Source: Eledone cirrhosa
Taxonomy: Eukaryota
NCBI GenBank assembly: GCA_964016885.1
Contig: OZ024742.1
Span: 116,064,001 to 116,128,000 of the forward strand
DNA length: 64,000 nt
Direction: 5' to 3'
Shown here: piece by piece, positions 55,948 through 64,000 of the stretch
Position numbering within the stretch: the stretch's first letter is position 1
Layout: each line of letters opens with the position of its first letter
The notes under the pieces: model-generated
Databases searched by the model: none
Told to the model about the DNA's origin: nothing
Seen by the model: the letters and a program-made list of their open reading frames with translations, nothing else
Made by a program: the position numbers and the translations under genes

Positions 55948-56986
55948 AATATATATATTTATGGGGGGGGGGGGGTATGTGTGTATGTCTGTGTGTCTGT
56001 GTATACCTATATATATATATATATATGTTTTTGCGCGTGGGCAGATGCGTGAGCATGTGTGCATGTATTCATATTCATATATATCTGTACACCGTGTATA
56101 TGTATGAACTCATTATCATATAGTAGATAAGGGTAGTGGATTTGCAGAATCGGTAGAACCTCGACACCATGCTTTGCAGCATAGAGTTATGGTCCTTTAC
56201 GTTGTGAGTTCAGATACCACCATGGTTAGCTTTGCCTTTCATCATTACGTGTTCGATAAATAAAGCACCAATAAAGCACTGGTGTCGATTTAATCGAGTT
56301 TCCGTTCCCCCAAAATGACTGGCCTTCTACCGAAATTAGAAACAGTTATAATATAAAAGATACAATTTCAGTTCTACTTTAAATTTTAATTTTAAATAGA
56401 ATATTAAAGAGAAACACATTTTACTGAAAAACGATCTATTTAGCATGGTCTAGTCGGCATTTTTATCCACTATAATGTACAATATCTATAAAATAGACTG
56501 AATACTCATCACAATACATTGTTTTAATGTTTTCCTCTAACTCATAGGTATAAAACTTCGTTAAACAGTTTAAAGGGAGATTTGTTCGTTCCAGAAAATG
56601 CATGAAATTTCTCATGGACCTAATTTTACGAGCCACACATATGTGTTTTATACACAAAATCCGATGCTGTAGTTCCTCTTTGGGGTCTTGTTGTCATATT
56701 AGATATCGTGTCTGCCATGTCCTGAAACTTATGTTTGATTAATCCAAATTGCGTATACAGGGACAATGGTATGTTATATAAGGCTGTGATACATATTCCA
56801 ATGACGACAGTGGCCACGTGATTTTACGTAACCAGTGCCATGCTCTCATCAGACAGCTTCATTGTATAATAAGACGATCCAAACTAAAGCGGCAACAGAA
56901 CGAACAAAGATAATGGTTTCAAAGCCTAAAGCCATTTTCTTTGTCCGTTCTTTTGCCGCTTTAGATTGTATATATATATATATATA

Positions 56987-57025
<39 letters not shown>

Positions 57026-57049
57026 GTGTATGTGTGTGTGTGTGTGTGT

Positions 57050-57088
<39 letters not shown>

Positions 57089-57514
57089 GGTGTTTGGGTG
57101 TGTGGGTGTGTGGGTGTGTTTGTGTGTATGTGTATGTGTGTGTGTATGTGTGCGCGCGCACACACATAATTTTGAATATAAAAGTGGCTTCTACAAGACT
57201 AGAACTGTTTCCTTCAAAAGAAATCATCAGGATATCCGACTGTCATTTTAAAACTGTTGTATTTATGTTTTCTGGGTTAGAAGATGTGTTGATTTGGGGG
57301 ATGGGTGGAGGTCATCAGCCAAGGGATTTTAAAAGCACGGATTCTTTGAAAAACTATTTTTAGACATATACACAAAAGACAAGGTTCATAATCACACATA
57401 CCTATACGTACATACACATGAACGCCCACACATTGGTGGGTTTCTTTATTCATTATACATCTATACAAAAGGGTTTTTATGAGTCACTGATAATTGTCAG
57501 TCTCTGGCCAAATA

Positions 57515-57624
57515 TTTTTTATATAAGTAAAATAAATGCGTTATTGTGTTATTGACACCTGACAAATCAATTAGTTGTGAGGGTGGTGGAATTTACAATA
57601 TGTATGTATATGTGTATATATATG

Positions 57625-57678
<54 letters not shown>

Positions 57679-57699
57679 CATACGTACACACACACACAC

Positions 57700-57731
<32 letters not shown>

Positions 57732-57898
57732 TTGTGTGTGTACGTATACATGTATATATAAATATATATATATATACGTATATATACGTATATATATATA
57801 CACATATACATATATATTGCAAATCCCCCCCCCTCACAACTAATTGATTTGTCAGGTGTCAATAACACAATAATGCATTTATTTTGCTTATATAAAAA
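57515..57898. repeat. ~85-bp inverted arms around a (TA)/(TG) spacer
   Basis: 57515-57600 is the reverse complement of 57814-57898. Confidence 0.8.
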
Positions 57899-58018
57899 GC
57901 TCGTCGAAACGGCTTGATCTCTGCCGTCGGGGTCATATTCTTTTATATAAGTCACTCTACCACCCTAAGTACTGAGAACTCTGGTTCGTTATGGTCCATC
58001 TGGTTCCTTACCACATTT

Positions 58019-58060
<42 letters not shown>

Positions 58061-58185
58061 AAGCGTCATTCAGATGGTTTTCTATTGGTGTGAAAGAACT
58101 TAGACACCTGGGGCATTTGTAACATCAACTTTCTCAATAAAAATACATACTTCATCTATTGAGTTTTTTACTTACATTATTATCA

Positions 58186-59172
58186 TGGCAGTATCGGTAG
58201 AGGGTCTGACGCCTTGCTTTAGTTACGTCCCCTTACGATCTGAGTTCAAATCCGGCCGAGGTTAACTTTGCCTTTCATCCTTACGGGGTCGATAAAATAA
58301 AGTACCAGTAATGTACTGGCTCATTGCTGGCCTTGTGCCTAAAATAGAAACAATTATTATCATTTATATAAGGGTCAGACGCGATGCTTTGCAGCATAGA
58401 GTTACGGCCCTTTACGGTCTGAGTTCAGATCCTGCCGAGGTTAACTTTGCCTTCCATCCTTACGGGCTCAATAAAATAAAGCACTAACTGGAGTCGATTT
58501 AACCGACTTTCCCCTCTCCCTAAATTACTGGCCTTGTGCCTATACTAGAAATCATTATTTAAGGGCGGTGGATTGGCAGTATCGGTAGAGTGTCGGACGC
58601 CATGCTTTCCAGCATAGTTACGTCCCTTTACGATCTGAGTTCAAATCCCGCCGAGGTAAGCTTTGCCTTTCATCCTTACGGGGTCGATAAAATAAAGTAC
58701 CAGTAATGTACTGGTTAATTGCTGGCCATGTGCCTAAAGTAGAAACAATTATTTAAGGGCGGTGGTAGACTGGCAGTATCGGTAAAGGGTCGGACGCCAT
58801 GCTTTGACGCATAGAGTTACGGCCCTTGCCATTCTGAGTTCAAATGCCGCCGAGGTTAACTTTGCCTTTCATCCTTACGGGGTCGATAAAATAAAATACC
58901 AGTAATGTACTGGTTAATTGCTGGCCGTGTGCCAAAAATAGAAACAATTATTTAAGGGCGGTGGATTGGCAGTATCGGTAGAGTCGGACAACATACTTTG
59001 TAGCATAGAGTTACGGCCCTTTACGGTCTGAGTCCAAATCCCGCCGAGGTAAGCTTTGCCTTTCATCCTTACGGGGGTCGATAAAATAATGTACCAATAA
59101 TGCACTGGCTCGATTTAATCTACTTCCCCTTCCACAAAATTGCTGGCCTTGTGCTTTAAGTAGAAACAGTTA
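58186..59172 (+). mobile_element. Head-to-tail array of five SINE copies
   Basis: Units start at 58186, 58370, 58561, 58755 and 58954; junction agaaacaattattt|aagggcggtgg. Confidence 0.92.
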
Positions 59173-59916
59173 TAATATAAAAGAAACAATTATTATAATT
59201 ATTGTTGTTGTTGTTGATGGTAGTGGTAGTGGGGGTGGTGGTGGTGGCGTTGCTGTTGTTTACTACAAGAAGACAGAGAGAACAGTGACAGACAGCCAAA
59301 GCAAAATATGTTTGTTTTATCGAAATTTCCCCCCTATCTTAACTACTCACACCGCCGCTGCTGCCATCACTTTAGAAGATGGCAAATATCATTGTATATA
59401 TTATACCACACAGTATTTTGTAAAAAGTGATGTCAAGAACACCCGAATGCAGTAAATATAGCATAAAAAGAAGAGACGAACAAAGCTTGTCAGCAGTTCA
59501 TCACCGCCACCACCTGTGCCATCAACACCTTCGTTATCACAATCACAGTCAGCGTCCTAAGCATTGCATGACTGTCAAAACGGTAAGGAAAAGAACAATG
59601 GTGCTAAAAGAAAAAAAAAGAGACCCAAAATCTCGCAAGCATGTAATATCTAGAAGATGCCTACAACACCACTGTCGGTACTTAACGATAGTGGAGCCCA
59701 GTTAACGCTATTCTCATTAGGCTATATTTGTTACAACTGAATGTAATTATGTAGTACTAAGAACTCACCATCTCCCTTCTCCTCTCTTTCCCTCACTCCC
59801 TCTCTCTCTCAATATCACTCTCTCTCTCTCTCTCTCTCTCCCTCTCTCTCTCTTTATATATGTGTGTGCGTGTGTTTGTGTGTGTATATATATATATATA
59901 CACACATATATTTATA

Positions 59917-59988
<72 letters not shown>

Positions 59989-62125
59989 ATGTATGTATGT
60001 ATATATATATATAAATCACTAATGTGCACTCATTCTACTTTTATCTCAATTTACCTCCTCTATTTATTATTTTCCCTGTTTGTAACAATCTCTCTATTCC
60101 ACTCCCTTTCAATCTCTTTACATTTACCCTCTCCAACTCACACTCCCTCAACCAATCATCCGCCCTTATCCGACTCCTCTCTCATAGTTAGCGCTATACA
60201 GTAGCAACATGGCAGCTTATGTTTTTACCCCAACTTTTCAAACACCTAGAATGTCTGCCTCCGTTGTTACTGCAGCTGCCTTTGTTATTGTTGCTGGAGT
60301 TGTTGATGCTGTTGCTACTGCATTTTTGTTGTTTATGTTGCTGCTGTTGTTGCTACTGTTGCTGTTGTTGTTGCTGTGTTTTTGTTGCACTTATTGTTGC
60401 TGTTGAAGGTGATGATTCACTTCCTACAGCTGTTGTGGCTACTGCTACAGATGTTACTATTGGTGATGTCGGCCATACATTACTGTCTGTAAAACATCCC
60501 GATCCAACGACTAAACCTGCATGGGCTACAAATAGCTTCCAATTTTCTTTCAAAACACATCCACACCATCTTAACAAAAGGAAGGATACATCGCTAGATC
60601 TATTCTTATATATTCAAAAACACAAGGTGTTCAATGATCGATTGCTTAGCAACATATGGGTCTGTTTAACTGAAACTCACAAAGATCTGAATAGAAATAT
60701 TGGTCCAATGAGTGTGCGTATTTATGGTCACCCAATGTGGTAGATATAGCAGCCACAACTCTCTCTTTCTCTCAAAAAGTGAAGGACACGTCCAGTGTGA
60801 GAATACCCTAAATCACCTCACAGTATCACATTCTAAAACCAAACACTCGCACTTTATCAAAGTAATTCGATATGAAGAAAAGAAGCACTATTATATCGAC
60901 CCTAGTAATTAATTTAGTAATATTTATGCTATTGACTCCAAATGGTAGAACAGTAATTTTGACATCGGTGATATTTGAAGTCAGAAACTAAACGTATGAT
61001 AATTTGTCTGGCGTTTGAATAATTCAATCAATCCACTCCCTTATAAAACACATACAGGTCTGATATGATCCGCGACAGTACATGTGAACCTACCCCAATA
61101 TCTATATCTATAAAAATACTCGCTTGGCTACAAATATAATCATTACTTGCATGTCACACCTAGCAATAATAGTTTCTTAAATCGTTTAGGACGCCAAAAG
61201 TGTCTAGAGTTAAAACAACCGAAAAATATGTACTCTAGTCAATAAACTTACTAATCCAATTACGTTAGCAAATACACATATCATAACAGAAGAACTAATT
61301 TTGTTTATACAACACGTTTACTAACATATAGATCAAACCACCGATTCAGAAAGAATAGTGGCATAGCTTTATATCTCAGGGAAACACTATTTACTAGTGT
61401 GCGCATTGTTCATTCCTTCTGAGTATGATTCGTTGAATAAGACACATCATACTATGTGTCATCTATCGTCCTCGAAATACAGCTTCCTATATAAATTACT
61501 TTGAAATATTTCTGTTAACTACAAATTATTCTCAGAGAATCTAAAATTTGTAGTAAGTTCATGTTATATGTATTTGTGGTCTAAATAAATTCACATTACA
61601 GTTATATTTAACCCCGTCTCACTTCTAAACAAAACAGAAATATTGGGACTAATTATCATAAAGTAAACAACTTTACTTGCACCATACATAATACACTACA
61701 CTCTAAATTTCCGAACAGCAGAGACTTGGTACACTAAAGGGAAATATGCACTTCTTGTTTCTCAAATCACACAAATTTTCATTCTTGGTTGCTGAACCCA
61801 ACAAGGTTACCTGAAAACTGATGCGTGCTAACCTGCGAAGAGTAGATTGGCATTAAAATTCGAACTCCATAGGCTAGAAAGTAAGACGTATGTCTGTAGA
61901 AAGAAAGCAATGAAATTGCAGTCTTCTCAAATATCTGATTAATAACAAATATCATTTGAAAAATCATATTACTTCTAGACATAAGCCTATCTCCATGAAA
62001 AAACGCTCGGATAGTATTTAAGCTTTCACAGAGAGAGCTCTAAAAATACGTTTAAAATCTACATCATTGAACGTCTACTGGCATATTTTATGAAGAAGAA
62101 AAGAAGAAACATTAAATAAACAACA

Positions 62126-62127
<2 letters not shown>

Positions 62128-62156
<29 letters not shown>

Positions 62157-63000
62157 CTTCTTCTTCTTCTTCTTCTTCTTCTTCTTCTTCTTCTTCTTCT
62201 TCTTCTTCTTCTTCTTGTCAGAAGTAACCGCCTCAAAGTAATCATGCCGGAACCCCAAGTGAGACTAGCCAAGCTCATGGATTTATCCAACCATATTGCT
62301 CGGGGTCTACACCTGGGTCTATGTCGGTTGGTTTTGCTCGTAAAACTTGTCCAGCGATTCTTCGCTGAGATATTCTAGCCACATGCACATATCGGAGCTA
62401 TGATTTCTCAATCCGGAGACGTAGCGGCTCTAACTGAGTGACTCTTTGATCTTCGAGCTATGCACTCTATCGAGTACGTTATGCCGAAAGACCATCAGGG
62501 GAATTCCATTTCGGCCGCTTGTATTTACGATCGTATTATTTCGGTCATTATCCAAGATTCATGACATAGTTACGGGTTGGCATGAATACCGAATTGAAGA
62601 TAACGAGTTTTGCTTTTACACCTACCTCCCTTCTTCTGATTACTAAATACTGAAGATGGTGTATTACTACACAAGCTCCTGCATTCTTACACTTAATTCA
62701 GCCTCCTGATTTCCATCACTCGTGAACACGTCTTCGGGATACTTGAACATCTCTACCTGCTTCATTGGAACACGATTTACATGTAGAGTGCACTGCGCAG
62801 GCTTCCATTTTAGTACGAGTGTCTCAGGTTTTGCAGCACGGATTTTCATTCCAGCCATGCGGCACTCGGAATCAAACCTCTCATGTGTAAGTCGGAGATC
62901 ACCTTCTATCGAGTTAAGTAACACCATGTCGTCTGCAAATTCCAGCCGGCTGATTTTATAATCATCAGTCATGATACCACTTCTAACCCGTTCGCGCATG
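62128..63000 (-). mobile_element. 5'-truncated RTE-clade LINE with (AAG)n 3' tail
   Basis: ISRLEFADDMVLL...GMKI..KPETLV...QVEMFKY; downstream ESWIMT..IR....AAEM..-like and GRPR..WLD-like RTE C-terminus; (CTT)n at 62128-62215. Confidence 0.85.
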
Positions 63001-63741
63001 TCACACCTGAAAACAATTATTGGTGTCTGAGCGGATGGGGCAAATCAAAATGCTTTCTTCCGCTAGTCACGCTAGTCTCTCGTCTTGAAATCAAGGACAG
63101 AATCGTTTTCATATCAAGATGTGTCGTAAAGGAAGGCACGTCATATACAGCTATATGTATTACCAGACACCAGCTTCTAACAATAATTTAACACAAAGGC
63201 ATTTCAATAGAATTCAACATAATGAATACGATAGCATTCACCTGAAATACAATCAGATATGTAGACGATGTACCACAAGCGGAAATGTTGAAAGAAGGAA
63301 TAATACAGAGTAATAAATGTGTCAGTAGGGCAGACAAAGAAATACAGACTTTTATGAATTAAATGAAACACTTCAACAGAAAGTTTTCACAACACCCAGC
63401 GTGGCGTCCTCTCCGAATGAACCTGTCTGACAGCGTCTACAACAAGCTAGATTTTATAGAGTTTGTTATCTGGATCAAGTCTTGATATTTGTCTTACGTT
63501 AACCAAAATCGTTGTCAACGTCAATCATCGAATCCATCTTCAAACTGTAAAACAGAAAATGTAGGCATTCTTATCTCTCGTTTCTTGAAAGACCAAAGTC
63601 AGATACTGACAATCAAATGAGTCCTAAGCTATGGTAATAATGAAATACTGCAAAGCGTCGTCTTACAAAGCTGACGAGCCACGTACAGTTGAGTGATTGA
63701 CATTAGCATGCTGTTGTTCTCGGATGTATGAATCATTTACG

Positions 63742-64000
63742 AGGCTCGGCCTCGGGATCTTCAAGCCACACCAATGTCGCTGCAGATCCACCGTGAACTC
63801 TTTCGGCCTCCACACGTTTTCCTGTCGCCACAGTGCCGGCCGCCTTCCACGCCATGCTGCCCTCAACGATGTCATAAAGCAGGGCTTGGACGCTGCAGGA
63901 TTCCCCTCCCAGCTCGAGCCTGTGGGGCTGGACCGAGGGGACGGCAAAAGGCCAGATGTCATGACCATCTTCCCGTTCCGTGGTGGCAAACCCCCTCGTT
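63742..64000 (+). mobile_element. CRE-clade non-LTR retrotransposon fragment (Zn knuckle + restriction-like endonuclease), open to the window edge
   Basis: RLGLGIFKPHQCRCRSTVNSFGLHTFSCRHSAGRLPRHAALNDVIKQGLDAAGFPSQLEPVGLDRGDGKRPDVMTIFPFRGGKPLV; not in the ORF track. Confidence 0.88.

Noticed and set aside
56626-56960. Possible membrane-protein exon on the minus strand, and a lone CTGATGA near 56845
   Set aside because: Frame is bounded by stops without convincing splice sites; no matching GAAA/stem III for an HHR.
61730-61990. Possible old RT fragment (QMIFVINQIFEK resembles DQIF.LRQI.EK)
   Set aside because: Single weak motif and too degenerate to call.

Overview
Gene-poor, AT-rich eukaryotic DNA with no credible host gene, rRNA, tRNA gene or CRISPR. 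The repeat content suggests an octopod cephalopod (inference from SINE/PLE families and extreme (TA)n density). Most ORF-track entries are microsatellite read-throughs. The window is a stack of mobile elements, many sitting in or beside (TA)n: decayed Penelope-like retroelements (Naiad-type RT/GIY-YIG motifs) with inverted pseudo-LTRs, two dead Tc1/mariner transposons, RTE and CRE LINE fragments, tRNA-derived SINEs and a small Helitron. The main signal is non-coding: more than 25 hammerhead-ribozyme (HHR) motifs from several families. These include a young 469-bp tandem array (17238-21772, about 9.7 copies, with an internal inversion) carrying one canonical type-I HHR per highly structured unit (retrozyme-like), a diverged sister element that keeps an octamer motif, and a repeat family whose hammerhead strands lie in a non-circularly permuted order supported by compensatory base changes. 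All folds were read by eye; none has been computed or tested.
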